64,000 nt of DNA from Bdellovibrionales bacterium GWA1_52_35 (GCA_001769805.1 MEPO01000027.1:75276-139275), one strand, 5' to 3'. Positions 15,863 to 26,211 are shown, counted from the first letter of the stretch. A program made the numbers and translations. Notes: a model not told the origin generated them from the letters alone.

Positions 15863-18466
15863 ATGGAAAACAGACATGGAAGTTCTCGTTATTCCTCCCG
15901 GGGCCCTGTTGCTCCGCGAGAAAGCTCGACCAAAAACCCGCTGGTGGAAGTTTCAAGCATTCTGATTTTTGCGCTGAGCATCTTCACTCTTTGCGCACTT
16001 CTGACGTATGCGCCCAATGATCCCTCAATGTTCAGCAACTCCAAGGCAATCGCACAGAATTCGTGTGGTCCGGCAGGGGGATTTTTATCGGCGCTGCTGC
16101 TCCAGTGGTTTGGAATGGGTTCATTCGTGGTACCTGCCGCATTCCTGTTCATCGCGGCAACCATTTACCGGCGCGAAGGTTTGCACCGCGTGATCGGGAC
16201 GCTGGCCGGAATGACTGTCGCCGTGGTTTCACTTACCGTATTCCTGACTCTTCAATGGAAGTACTGGCCGTTTTCCGGCACCTTGCTTCTGACCGGCGGA
16301 GCCTTTGGTGCCTGGATCAGTGAACTGCTGATCCGGCAGTTCAACCCACTCGGATCCTCGATCGTTTCCCTGGTCTTCTTTTTTACGGCGCTCGCGATTT
16401 CAACTCCCGTGAGTGTCGCGAAGATGGGGGCCTACCTGATCACAGCCACGACCCGGGCGCTTTGGAAGCTTACGATCGTCGTTGGCACCTATCTTATCTA
16501 TCTTCTGGGACTGCTTGCCATGAGAACGGCTCATACCTTGGGTGATCTGGTGCAAACCCTCATCGAAGGCGCAATCCGCCGGGCCAAAGAACGAGCGAAG
16601 ATGGCCAAAGTGGTGGCGATCGCGACGGCAACCAGTGGCTCTGAACCCAAAATAGCGGCGCTTTCAACCGAACCCGCCCCGCAGCTTCCCATTACAGCGA
16701 CACAAGTATACATGTCCGACAGCTCACAACTTCCCTCGGAAGCACCTAACGCCCTGCCGGAGCTGGAACCCGGAGAACAACTTCCGCTGAAGCTCACAAG
16801 TGAACCGAGGATCCTTTCCCGCGAGCCGGTAACCGGATCGTTGAATGAAGAGAGTGATGAAACGGAACATGGGGACTCGCGCAAGGCCAGTGCGATGGCC
16901 AAAGCCGCCGCACGGCTTGCTCGCGCGGCAAGGGCCAAACGCGGGCACTGGAAGTTACCGACGGTCGACTTTCTTTGCAAGCCCCCCCGGATCGAGTCCT
17001 CTGTTGATCGCGAAAAACTCATCACCAATTCACTGGTTTTGAAGCAGAAATTTGCTGATTTCGGGATTGAAGGCGAAGTCATGGCTGTACGACCGGGCCC
17101 GGTGATCACGCTTTACGAATTCAAGCCTGGACCAGGAATAAAGGTGTCACGAATTGCCGCCCTTGCTGATGACCTGTCCATGGCGCTTTCGGCCCAAAGT
17201 GTACGTATTCTCGCGCCCCTGCCTGGCAAATCCGTGGTAGGTATTGAAATTCCGAGTGATCAGCGCGAAACGGTTTACTTGCGCGAATTCATGCAAAACA
17301 CGGACTTCTTCGGTCCGCGCCACACAATCCCCGTTGCGATGGGGAAGGATATTGGTGGTCAGACCTATATTTCGGATCTCGCGCGAATGCCGCACCTTCT
17401 TTGCGCCGGTCAGACGGGCTCTGGAAAATCCGTGTTCATGAACGGGCTGATCTGCTCACTTCTCTATCGTTTTACGCCGGATGAACTGCGCATGATCATG
17501 GTCGATCCCAAAGGCAACGAGTTCACACCTTACCAGGATATTCCGCACCTTCTTCTGCCCGTCGTGTCTGACCCCAAACATGCCAATACCGCTCTGAAGT
17601 GGACCGTCCGGGAAATGGAAAGGCGCTATCGTATTCTGGGCAAGCTCAGCGCGAGAAATCTGGCCGCATTTAACCAAAAGGTCGATGACATGGGTGCTGA
17701 TGTGATCCATGATCTTCTCTTTTCTGAAGAGAACCAGAATGATGCCGGAGGCTTGTTGTCCTCGGGTGGGAACGACTGGATCGAAGCGTTTGATCCGGAT
17801 GAATCCGGCTCGCCCAAAGTCGGCAAGCTCCCTTACATGGTCGTGATCATTGACGAGCTTGCGGATTTGATGATGACCGCCAAAAAAGAAGTCGAAATTT
17901 CGATCGCCCGTCTCGCCCAGAAAGCACGCGCGGCCGGAATTCATCTGGTTGCCGCCACCCAGCGGCCCTCGACTGATGTCATCACCGGCTTGATCAAAGC
18001 CAATCTCCCGTCGCGGGTCTCTTTTCAGCTCGCGAGCTTTGTTGATTCCAAAACCATCATTGACCGCGCGGGTGCAGAACGCCTGCTGGGTTCAGGCGAT
18101 ATGCTTTTCATACCTCCCGGCATCAACCAGACGGTTCGTCTGCACGCTGCCTATGTGAATGATGACGAGATTTCCAAGATTACCTCTTTCCTTAAATCCC
18201 AGGGCAAGCCGGCCTATCGCGAGGAGATCCTGGTCGAGCAGGATGATGAAATGGCGGAGGATGGCGAAGGAAGCGATGACCGCGACGAGATGTTTGACGA
18301 TGCGGTGGATCTGGTCAAGAGAGCCGGACACGCTTCGGCAAGCTTTCTGCAGCGTCATTTGAAAATCGGTTACAACCGGGCGGCTCGGATGATCGAAACC
18401 ATGGAAGAACGAGGAATCGTGGGCCCCGCTGATGGCGCCCGCCCTCGGGACGTACTGGTCCGTTGA
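15863..18466 (+). CDS. ftsK: DNA translocase FtsK
   Basis: N-terminal polytopic membrane domain, Pro/Ala/Glu-rich linker, C-terminal motor with Walker A 'CAGQTGSGKSV' and 'MVVIIDELADLMM', and a winged-helix gamma domain. Start at the in-frame ATG at 15863 (the track ORF from 15266 overlaps the glucokinase gene). Confidence 0.9.
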   Translation: MENRHGSSRYSSRGPVAPRESSTKNPLVEVSSILIFALSIFTLCALLTYAPNDPSMFSNSKAIAQNSCGPAGGFLSALLLQWFGMGSFVVPAAFLFIAATIYRREGLHRVIGTLAGMTVAVVSLTVFLTLQWKYWPFSGTLLLTGGAFGAWISELLIRQFNPLGSSIVSLVFFFTALAISTPVSVAKMGAYLITATTRALWKLTIVVGTYLIYLLGLLAMRTAHTLGDLVQTLIEGAIRRAKERAKMAKVVAIATATSGSEPKIAALSTEPAPQLPITATQVYMSDSSQLPSEAPNALPELEPGEQLPLKLTSEPRILSREPVTGSLNEESDETEHGDSRKASAMAKAAARLARAARAKRGHWKLPTVDFLCKPPRIESSVDREKLITNSLVLKQKFADFGIEGEVMAVRPGPVITLYEFKPGPGIKVSRIAALADDLSMALSAQSVRILAPLPGKSVVGIEIPSDQRETVYLREFMQNTDFFGPRHTIPVAMGKDIGGQTYISDLARMPHLLCAGQTGSGKSVFMNGLICSLLYRFTPDELRMIMVDPKGNEFTPYQDIPHLLLPVVSDPKHANTALKWTVREMERRYRILGKLSARNLAAFNQKVDDMGADVIHDLLFSEENQNDAGGLLSSGGNDWIEAFDPDESGSPKVGKLPYMVVIIDELADLMMTAKKEVEISIARLAQKARAAGIHLVAATQRPSTDVITGLIKANLPSRVSFQLASFVDSKTIIDRAGAERLLGSGDMLFIPPGINQTVRLHAAYVNDDEISKITSFLKSQGKPAYREEILVEQDDEMAEDGEGSDDRDEMFDDAVDLVKRAGHASASFLQRHLKIGYNRAARMIETMEERGIVGPADGARPRDVLVR

Positions 18467-18492
18467 CCTGGAGATAAATTTGGGGTTAGCCT

Positions 18493-18783
18493 TTGATAGT
18501 GGCACGCATCAACAAATATTCCCTGATTTTTTCCGCTGTTTGCGTTCTGAACCTCGTGCAGAGTCATGCGACAGAGCCGCAAAGTACCCCGAGCCCGGCA
18601 GCTCCCGCGGTTGTCCAGACAGCTCCGTTGGAAACAAAAGCGAAAAGCCCGAAAGGCGGCAAGAAGTCCCGTGAAAAAGAAGCCACAGAAGGTACGGAAG
18701 CCCTCGACCGCTTCGAAGCGAACACCATCATCAAAAGCCGGTACAATCTCGACGGCCAGCAGCTCGAAGTGGACCCGGATTGA
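18493..18783 (+). CDS. small secreted hypothetical protein (Pro/Ala/Lys-rich)
   Basis: Plausible signal peptide 'MIVARINKYSLIFSAVCVLNLVQSHA|TEP'. It competes with an alternative frame (a Lys-rich N-terminal extension of the cca ORF). Neither can be confirmed from sequence alone. Confidence 0.35.
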   Translation: MIVARINKYSLIFSAVCVLNLVQSHATEPQSTPSPAAPAVVQTAPLETKAKSPKGGKKSREKEATEGTEALDRFEANTIIKSRYNLDGQQLEVDPD

Positions 18784-18820
18784 CCGGCCATTCCCACTAC
18801 CGGGCTATGTCAAAGAGGCA

Positions 18821-20125
18821 ATGGAACGCCTCGACCGTGCGGGTCACGCCGCTTTCATCGTAGGTGGAAGTGTTCGAGACTTCTTCCTGGGGCGTATAAA
18901 CAAGGATCATGACATCGCAACGAGCGCCAGCCCCGAGGAACTCTGCCGGATTTTCCCGGAAGCAATCACCGTAGGCAAGGCCTTCGGGGTGCTTAAAATT
19001 CCGCTGGCCGAAGGAAACGGCGCCTTGTTTCTGGAAGTTGCCACTTTTCGAGAAGATCTCGAGTACGAGGACCACCGTCATCCCAAGCGGGTCCGTTTTG
19101 CCGGACCGGATGAAGACGCAAGCCGGCGCGACTTCACGATTAACGCCATGTACTTTGATCCCAAGACTTCGCGCCTTCTGGACCCGACAGGGGGAATGGC
19201 CGACCTGAAGGCCAGGACTGTTCGGGCGATCGGGACACCTTCGCTGCGCTTCAAAGAAGATGCGCTCCGGCTCCTGCGCGCGATCCGCTTCACCGCTGGT
19301 CTGGATTTCATGCTGGAAGAGAATACTTCCGCGGCTATTCGCGAAAAAGCCCGGTTGATCAAACATGTCAGTGCCGAGCGGATCAGGGACGAACTAACCC
19401 TGATTCTGACCGGACCACATCCGGAGTTTGCGCTGGAGTTGATGATGAAACTGGATCTACTCCGGTTTGTTCTTCCGGAACTGGAGGCTTTGAAGGGTGT
19501 CCGCCAGTCGCCACTTTATCATCCTGAAGGAGACGCCTGGGTACATACGCTCAAAGCCATGCAATTTTTGAAAGTGCAGAACACAAGCCGTTCCAGCACC
19601 CTGGCGTGGGGAACACTGCTTCACGATATCGGGAAAGCAACTGCTGCTGAACGCAACAATGGTGAGAACTTCAACGGGCACGAACTGGACGGGGCCAAGC
19701 TCGCTCTTGGAATCACGTTGCGGCTGAAGATGTCCGGCGAGGATTCCGAGCGCATACGGATGCTGGTTCTCGAGCACCTGAAGTTCAAAGACGTTTTTGC
19801 GATGCGCGAGTCCACCTTGCAGCGGTTCATAAGACAACCTCATTTTCCGGAACTGCTTGCACTCCACAAGGCCGATTCAGCCGCCTCCGATGGTAATCTC
19901 GCGTTCTATGAATTCTGCCGAAGCCGTCTGGAAGCCAATCTGAAAAACCAGGGGCATAACTTTCTTCCAAAGCTCGTGGACGGCAACGATCTGATTCAGC
20001 TTGGATTGAAGCCCGGACCGGAATTTACGGCAATTCTGCGGACTATTGAGGATCTTGCCCTTGAACACAAGATTCACACCAAAGAAGAGGCGCTCGAATA
20101 CGTCATCAGACAATTCGTCACTTGA
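18821..20125 (+). CDS. cca: CCA tRNA nucleotidyltransferase / poly(A) polymerase family protein with HD domain
   Basis: 'AGHAAFIVGGSVRDFFLGRINKDHDIAT' (class II nucleotidyltransferase head) and the HD motif 'GTLLHDIGK'. Start placed at ATG 18821 ('MERLDRAGH...'). Confidence 0.75.
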   Translation: MERLDRAGHAAFIVGGSVRDFFLGRINKDHDIATSASPEELCRIFPEAITVGKAFGVLKIPLAEGNGALFLEVATFREDLEYEDHRHPKRVRFAGPDEDASRRDFTINAMYFDPKTSRLLDPTGGMADLKARTVRAIGTPSLRFKEDALRLLRAIRFTAGLDFMLEENTSAAIREKARLIKHVSAERIRDELTLILTGPHPEFALELMMKLDLLRFVLPELEALKGVRQSPLYHPEGDAWVHTLKAMQFLKVQNTSRSSTLAWGTLLHDIGKATAAERNNGENFNGHELDGAKLALGITLRLKMSGEDSERIRMLVLEHLKFKDVFAMRESTLQRFIRQPHFPELLALHKADSAASDGNLAFYEFCRSRLEANLKNQGHNFLPKLVDGNDLIQLGLKPGPEFTAILRTIEDLALEHKIHTKEEALEYVIRQFVT

Positions 20126-20435
20126 CGACGGTGAGCAGCGATCGGGCGGCCTCCTCCGAAAGCTCGACACAGAACACATCTTTGATTTTGGAACCCTCAC
20201 CCCGGAGGATCTGGATTCGAGAAAGAGGAATTGAAAGCATCTTCTTCAAAAACCGGCAGAGTTCTTCGTTCGCGGCGCCCTCCACGGGTGGGGCGGCGAT
20301 TCTGATTTTCAGCCGCGGCGGATCGCCGTGCGTTCCCACCACTTCGGTCCGGGAAGCTTTGGGCTGAATCTGCAGTTTCAGGATCACGCCGTTTCCGACC
20401 ACCTCATACCAACTGGACAAATCAGCCATCTTCAC
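20118..20435 (-). CDS. DUF167/YggU-family protein (UPF0235)
   Basis: '...LKIRIAAPPVEGAANEELCRFLKKMLS...' matches the YggU signature. 105 aa. Confidence 0.7.
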   Translation of the reverse strand: MKMADLSSWYEVVGNGVILKLQIQPKASRTEVVGTHGDPPRLKIRIAAPPVEGAANEELCRFLKKMLSIPLSRIQILRGEGSKIKDVFCVELSEEAARSLLTVVK

Positions 20436-21966
20436 TCTCCAACAGGCGTTTGATCCGGTTACGATCAGGCTCGATCATCAAAGTTTTGTTATGGGTGTAA
20501 GAGGCTTCCGTCGAATCTTTAATCCTTTTGACGTATTTTTTGAAGGTGTAATCGACTTCCGTTTTGCCCCAGTCTTCTCCGCCGCTGTAATGAACCACCA
20601 AATTGGCGGCATCCAACAAGGTTTCAAGGGGGGCCGATTTTCCGGGCTGCAATTGGATCAGAACATGTGCACCGGGCCGACCCCGCAGATGAAGCCAAAG
20701 ATCATTTCCCCGGGCGACCTTGAAGGTGAGTTCCAGATTCTCCGCCCGGCTCCGTCCCACGAGAATCTGAACCCCGTCTTTGGAAACAAAATTGCGCCCG
20801 GCCCAGAACTCCTTTTTTTTACCGGTAGAACTCTGCTTTTCCGCAACCGGTATCGTCCCTTGCGTGGCAATTCTCTCAAGTTGTTCCAGCCCTTCCCAGT
20901 TTTCTGTATCCGGAGGAGAAGCCAGGGCGCGCAAATAACCTTCCTTCATCTGCGTGAATCTTTGAATCCGGCTCTGCGCCTCTTCAATCCTGCGCGTTTT
21001 CCTTTTGGCGTTCTGATAGAATTTTGCAACCTGCTGCTGTGGATTCAGCTTCGGATCACACGGAATTTCCCGGGGTGTCTCTGTGGCGTAATCGATAAGA
21101 ACCCGGACATTGCTGGAATTGAGGGCCGGCGGCTCGGGAAGATGGACTTTCAGAAGATCTCCGTACGCCTGCCAGTCCGGTTCTGCATTGGCCTGACTGA
21201 CAGCGGCCTCGGATTGGCGGATCCGGTCGCTGAGCTGCGCAGTATTTTCACTTAAGGTCTTGTGGGCCAGGCGCAATCGATCAAGAAATGCTTCTGCTTT
21301 CAAACCAGCTTCAATCACTCCCGTCCAACTCTCGAGCGGGTGGGTTGCTTCGCTCAGCTCCGGGCGAACTGGGGGATGGACCGGTGCCCCGACGCCATCC
21401 GGGACAAAATACAGACCCAGTGCTTCCGGTTTAAGCTGGCGGGAACGCGCGAGAATCTGCCAGCCAGGCTTCCGCCTCCCATCGGGAAGCACTTCGGCCT
21501 GGACCAGAAGAGCTTCCGGCGCTGCCGGAATCAAGATCAAGACAAGACCCAACTGAGATCCTTCACTGGAGGCCTCCACTTTGCCAAACCAGAACGAACA
21601 GACCCGCTCCCGTTCGATCACTTCCACGGATTGGATTTTAACTCCGCGCAGATACTTGGACAGGCTCAGATCAAAAACCGAATGCGTTGCACGCGCCGAA
21701 GCTTTCGGTCCCTTGCCCGGGACCCAAGCCACGTAAGGATGCCGGGCCCGCACACTGAAGAGGACGCCACCTTCCGTGCGTTTTCCAGAAAGCCGCAAAA
21801 ACCATTCTCCCTTGATGAATTCCGCGGGGAAATACTTCCGCTCGGGAACAATCAGCTTTTCTACAAACAGGCCCGTAGCCAGGGGTGCCATTTTACTGAT
21901 CAAAAGCGCAAGCTCCCGCCAATTCAGAACAGGTGGTTTGAGGGTGGGAAGGTCAGGCGGTACCAT
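20422..21966 (-). CDS. rqcH: NFACT-family protein (RqcH/FbpA homolog; ribosome-associated quality control)
   Basis: C-terminal NFACT-R/DUF814 'NFVSKDGVQILVGRSRAENLELTFKVARGNDLWLHLRGRPGAHVLIQ'. N-terminal NFACT-N-like region and a coiled-coil middle. Start at ATG 21966 or 21990. Confidence 0.7.
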   Translation of the reverse strand: MVPPDLPTLKPPVLNWRELALLISKMAPLATGLFVEKLIVPERKYFPAEFIKGEWFLRLSGKRTEGGVLFSVRARHPYVAWVPGKGPKASARATHSVFDLSLSKYLRGVKIQSVEVIERERVCSFWFGKVEASSEGSQLGLVLILIPAAPEALLVQAEVLPDGRRKPGWQILARSRQLKPEALGLYFVPDGVGAPVHPPVRPELSEATHPLESWTGVIEAGLKAEAFLDRLRLAHKTLSENTAQLSDRIRQSEAAVSQANAEPDWQAYGDLLKVHLPEPPALNSSNVRVLIDYATETPREIPCDPKLNPQQQVAKFYQNAKRKTRRIEEAQSRIQRFTQMKEGYLRALASPPDTENWEGLEQLERIATQGTIPVAEKQSSTGKKKEFWAGRNFVSKDGVQILVGRSRAENLELTFKVARGNDLWLHLRGRPGAHVLIQLQPGKSAPLETLLDAANLVVHYSGGEDWGKTEVDYTFKKYVKRIKDSTEASYTHNKTLMIEPDRNRIKRLLESEDG

Positions 21967-22020
21967 TAGTGGGATTCTATGCGGTCCCATGCTAAGCTGA
22001 AAGGCCAAATGCCAACACCC

Positions 22021-23307
22021 ATGACACAGAAGAAAAAAGTCTGGCGATTGAAATCTGGTGCAGACCGACGCTTTCGCGCAGGTCACCCCTGGATTTATTC
22101 CAATGAACTACTGGAAAGTCCCAAGGGGATTGCCCCCGGGGAGGAAATTGAGCTGCAAGATGCTGGAGGAAAATTCCTGGCCCATGGCTATGGAAATCCA
22201 AGTTCTTTGATTGCCTTCCGCACCGTGACGCGCGATTCAACGAATTCCGAACCTCTTTCGGCGGCGGCGCTTGCACAAACTTTCACAAACGCCAAAGCCT
22301 TGCGCATCCTGGCCGGACTCAAAGACGCAAGCCATCGTCTGTGCTTCGGCGAGGCCGATCGTCTTCCGGGCCTCATTATTGACCGGTACTTGCTGAGCGG
22401 TGGCGAACAGCTTTTCGCTGTTCAGGCGCATACCGCCGGAATGGATCGCAGCCTACCCAATATCTATAAAGCCCTGGAGGCTCTCGCGATCGCGGGAGAC
22501 GCCTGGGACCGGACCGGAATCGTCCTGCGCAACGATATCAACATCCGAAAGCTTGAAGGACTTGAACCCGAGCCAGCCCGCACGGTTCGGCCTCTTGCGG
22601 GTATCGACCTGACCAAAGCCCGGATTTTGATTCTCGGCGCGTTAAGTGGAACCATCGAATTTGAAACAGATCTGCTTGAGGGCCAGAAAACCGGCTTTTT
22701 TCTGGATCAGGGATCAAACATCCAACTCGCCACACGAAAACTTTCGAACCTCTTGCCCGAAAAACCCAAGGAACCGCTAAAAATCCTCGATCTCTGCTGT
22801 TACGTCGGACAATGGAGCACCCAGTTGACCCACGCTTTCCGTCAAAGAGGACTCCAGGTGGATGTCACCCTGGTGGATGCGTCTGCCGCAGCCCTGGAAC
22901 GTGCAACAAAGAATGTCGAATCCCAAGGTGCTCAGTCCAAAGTGATGAAAGCCAACGTACTGGATGGCCTCACCGGGCTCCCCGATCGGAGTTTTGACCT
23001 GATTATTTGTGACCCCCCCGCCCTGATCAAAGGTCGCAAAGACCTGCACGCGGGCGCGCATGCTTATTTGCAATTGAACACACAGGTGTTTCGACTAATT
23101 CGCGCAGGAGGCGCTGTTGTCTCGTGCTCCTGTTCGGCGCTTTTTGAAGAAGCGCATTTTCAGCAGGTTCTTGCGAAGGCGGCCAATCGCAATCATAGAC
23201 GCGCTCAGTGGATTGCACGCGGCAGCCAGGGGCCAGATCATCCGATGCTGACGGAATTCCCGGAAGGCCAGTACCTGAAATGCTGGATCAGCGGCGTGGA
23301 TTGCTGA
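22021..23307 (+). CDS. rlmI: RlmI/RlmK-like class I SAM-dependent 23S rRNA methyltransferase (PUA + MTase)
   Basis: '...RRFRAGHPWIYSNEL' (PUA-like N-terminus). SAM motif 'ILDLCCYVGQWS'. Catalytic 'ICDPPALIK'. Start uncertain (21979, 22009 or 22021). Confidence 0.75.
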   Translation: MTQKKKVWRLKSGADRRFRAGHPWIYSNELLESPKGIAPGEEIELQDAGGKFLAHGYGNPSSLIAFRTVTRDSTNSEPLSAAALAQTFTNAKALRILAGLKDASHRLCFGEADRLPGLIIDRYLLSGGEQLFAVQAHTAGMDRSLPNIYKALEALAIAGDAWDRTGIVLRNDINIRKLEGLEPEPARTVRPLAGIDLTKARILILGALSGTIEFETDLLEGQKTGFFLDQGSNIQLATRKLSNLLPEKPKEPLKILDLCCYVGQWSTQLTHAFRQRGLQVDVTLVDASAAALERATKNVESQGAQSKVMKANVLDGLTGLPDRSFDLIICDPPALIKGRKDLHAGAHAYLQLNTQVFRLIRAGGAVVSCSCSALFEEAHFQQVLAKAANRNHRRAQWIARGSQGPDHPMLTEFPEGQYLKCWISGVDC

Positions 23308-23485
23308 AGCGCTGTACGTCCGCAATACGAGCCTTTCAAAAAGCAAAGTTTCCCGGAAAAGTCCGGCCCCGTCGTTGTTCTAACTCCTCATATTACACGC
23401 ATATTTTGCTGTGCAGCGATGGCATGCCGATTGCTCTTCACTCAACCGGCTTTCCAATCATTTGCTTCTCGGGGGAGATATATTC

Positions 23486-24322
23486 ATGTTGAAGTCAGCT
23501 TTTGTTTTCTGCATCGCCGTCTTGGGAATTACCGCTCTGGCCTCAGAGGCCTATCAGAACGAAGGGGCCGATATCCAGCTCACTCAAATCATTAGCGGTA
23601 AAACTGTATTCGAAAAAAGAACAACCGTCGTGCCAATGGCCCTTTGCACCAGGGAACCCTGCCGCAAGCCCGAGATTTACTGGAGTCTGGTCGTTTACAA
23701 TCAGGAAACCCACTACGAAGTGAATCAGATATTCGGAATCGGCAGTCGCACTCCTCCAGCGAAAGTCGCCTTGGCTGGTGCAGAAATTCACGAGGGAACT
23801 CTTGTGGAAATCGAAGGCCGGGTGAACCCGATCAGCCGTGAATACGCCATCGTCTCTGAAATCAGTCGTGCCGAGGTCATTGATGGTTCAGAACCGATGG
23901 ATCCTGCCGCCTCGAACATCCTGTCCGATGCCTACAGCTGGATGTGCCAGAGCCCCTCCGGAGAAAGCCCCCGGATCTATGCGAATGTCCGTTATCTCCG
24001 TGATCAGAAGCAGACTCGCCCCGACGAGAAGAATTACTACATGGCCATTTCGATGTGCAAAAATCCGGATGGACTCTCCTTTCTGCCCATTGCGGAACTT
24101 GAAAACGTGAAATCTTCTCATGATGATCTCCAGATCACCTATACCGGTGGTGACCAGGGCGATGGCCAAGGCCATGGGATGATGGTCGAACTGACGATCG
24201 AAAAAAATCCAGATCGGATGTTTGATTTGCCTGCCAAGCTGACCCTCACCCACACCCGGAGAGCCGCCGTGGAAGATGCGCTTCAGATATATCCACTGAC
24301 CTGCACCCGTACCCGACTTTAA
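23486..24322 (+). CDS. secreted hypothetical protein
   Basis: RBS GGGGAG then ATG. Signal peptide 'MLKSAFVFCIAVLGITALASEA'. No recognisable domain. Confidence 0.5.
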   Translation: MLKSAFVFCIAVLGITALASEAYQNEGADIQLTQIISGKTVFEKRTTVVPMALCTREPCRKPEIYWSLVVYNQETHYEVNQIFGIGSRTPPAKVALAGAEIHEGTLVEIEGRVNPISREYAIVSEISRAEVIDGSEPMDPAASNILSDAYSWMCQSPSGESPRIYANVRYLRDQKQTRPDEKNYYMAISMCKNPDGLSFLPIAELENVKSSHDDLQITYTGGDQGDGQGHGMMVELTIEKNPDRMFDLPAKLTLTHTRRAAVEDALQIYPLTCTRTRL

Positions 24323-24368
24323 CTGAGTTCACTGGACGGGCCTGTAAAAAACTGGTAGCCCCTCTGTC

Positions 24369-25517
24369 ATGTCAGAGCAGTACGAGTTTTTTGCAACTAC
24401 CGCTAAAGGAATTGAACCCCTGCTTTCAGCCGAACTTGCGCAAATGGGGGCAACCCAGGTTGAGCCGGCTCGCGCCGGAGCCAAATTTCGAGGCAGCCTG
24501 GCAACCGCTTACCGCGCCTGTCTCTGGTCTCGGACCGCCAATCGGGTACTTCTGCCTGTGAAATCCTTTCCTGCTCCCAATCCCGAGAAGCTTTACGGCG
24601 GCGTGAAGTCCATCCGTTGGTCCGATCACATTTCATCCAAGGGGACCCTCGCCGTCGATTTTGCCTCAAACGAGTCACAGATCACCCACACGCATTTTGG
24701 CGCCTTGAAAGTCAAAGATGCCATTGTCGATCAACTCCGGAGCACAGAGGGCGAAAGACCTTCTATCGATACCACTATACCTGACGTGCGGGTCAACGTT
24801 TACCTGCATAAAGATATCGCCACCGTCAATATCGATCTCTCCGGAGAAAGTCTGCACCGCCGCGGTTATCGGCAACAGGGCGTCTTTGCACCGCTGAAGG
24901 AAAATCTGGCGGCGGCGATTCTCGCCATTACCGGCTGGAAAGATCCTTCGGAAGAAACGTGCTTTCTGGACCCCATGTGCGGTTCGGGCACGCTTCCCAT
25001 AGAAGCCGCTCTCATCGCCTGCAAAATTGCTCCTGGACTTCGCCGTGACTATTACGGGTTCAACAAATGGAAAGGCCATGTTCCAAAAATCTGGAGCGAG
25101 CTGATGGAGGAAGCCAGGGATCTTGTGATCCGGGACCCCAAGAAGCTGCCTAAAATTCTGGGCTATGATCTGGATGCCCGCGCAATCAAAATTTCGATCG
25201 GAAACGCGGAACGCGCGGGACTTCGGGATTTAATTCGCTTCGAAAGAATGGATCTGCTTGAGGTTCAATCACAGGGCCCCAAAGGCGTGATTGTCGTCAA
25301 CCCACCCTACGGTGAACGCCTCGGAGAAGAGGAAGCCCTCAAGCCACTTTACCGTTCCATTGGTGATCTTTTCAAACAAAAGTTCAAAGGCTGGAATGGT
25401 TTCGTTTTTACCGGGAATCCTCAACTTGCCAAAAATGTCGGCTTGAAGGCGTCCAGAAGGCATGTCCTGTACAACGGCGCGCTGGAATGCAGATTGCTCC
25501 AGTACGATCTTTACTGA
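24369..25517 (+). CDS. THUMP-domain class I SAM-dependent RNA methyltransferase (RlmL N-domain-like, m2G)
   Basis: N-terminal THUMP-like region. 'LDPMCGSGTLPIEAAL' (SAM binding). 'VVNPPYGERLG' (N6/N2-MTase DPPY-type motif). Confidence 0.8.
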   Translation: MSEQYEFFATTAKGIEPLLSAELAQMGATQVEPARAGAKFRGSLATAYRACLWSRTANRVLLPVKSFPAPNPEKLYGGVKSIRWSDHISSKGTLAVDFASNESQITHTHFGALKVKDAIVDQLRSTEGERPSIDTTIPDVRVNVYLHKDIATVNIDLSGESLHRRGYRQQGVFAPLKENLAAAILAITGWKDPSEETCFLDPMCGSGTLPIEAALIACKIAPGLRRDYYGFNKWKGHVPKIWSELMEEARDLVIRDPKKLPKILGYDLDARAIKISIGNAERAGLRDLIRFERMDLLEVQSQGPKGVIVVNPPYGERLGEEEALKPLYRSIGDLFKQKFKGWNGFVFTGNPQLAKNVGLKASRRHVLYNGALECRLLQYDLY

Positions 25518-26170
25518 ACGACCCGCTCGACGACTTTGCGAATACCTTCAAAAATTTGAAAAAGCGGCGCCCCCTCGCACATGTAGGCCGGTGTCGAGGC
25601 GATTTTATTTCGGGCATCATAATGACACTCGTCGGCTTTGCAGACAAAATGCTCATGCCCCAGCTTCTCGATTTCCACTGAAGCGTCCCCCTGCTCTCCC
25701 AACGTTAATTCCAGCGGATGGCACTTGAACGCGAGAGCAAGAATTGCGGGCGCAATGCAAATCGCGCCAATCGGTTTTCCCGCTTTATGAAAATCAATCA
25801 AAATGGCTTTCAGATCGGGGCGAACCTCTCCCTGGGCCCCTTGAAACGCAAACGAACATAAGTTTTTAGCAGCACCATACCCGCCAGGCAAAACAATGCC
25901 CGCGTAATGCGACGCATCCGTGACGAGTTGTTTCAACGGCAAAACGTCACCTCGCGCAATTCTCGAGGATTCGATCAACATATTGCGTCGCTCGCCAGTA
26001 ACCGCTTGTCCAGTCATGCAGTTGACCACATCCACCTGGTCACCGTCCGGGGCAAAACATTGAACGGAAACGGGGAATTGACTAAGGGCCCAGAGAACCG
26101 CCACAGATTCCCGAATTTCGCTCCCGTCCCGATAGCCACTCCCGCACAAGACAACGGCAATTTTTTTCAT
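25511..26170 (-). CDS. elbB: ElbB/DJ-1/PfpI-family protein (glyoxalase ElbB-like)
   Basis: 'MKKIAVVLCGSGYRDGSEIRESVAVL...VQCFAPDGDQVDVVNCMTG...GAAKNL...AGKPIGAICIAPA' is nearly collinear with E. coli ElbB. Start at the internal ATG at 26170. Confidence 0.75.
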   Translation of the reverse strand: MKKIAVVLCGSGYRDGSEIRESVAVLWALSQFPVSVQCFAPDGDQVDVVNCMTGQAVTGERRNMLIESSRIARGDVLPLKQLVTDASHYAGIVLPGGYGAAKNLCSFAFQGAQGEVRPDLKAILIDFHKAGKPIGAICIAPAILALAFKCHPLELTLGEQGDASVEIEKLGHEHFVCKADECHYDARNKIASTPAYMCEGAPLFQIFEGIRKVVERVVQ

Positions 26171-26211
26171 AACCAAAGGATACTTCATTTGCTGACGGAA
26201 CAAAATGACTC

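Noticed and set aside
20491-21969. Two plus-strand ORFs of 254 and 235 aa
   Set aside because: Antisense to the rqcH homolog, which has the NFACT-R signature on the minus strand.
24675-25079. 134-aa minus-strand ORF, and 24403..24678
   Set aside because: Antisense to the THUMP methyltransferase gene.
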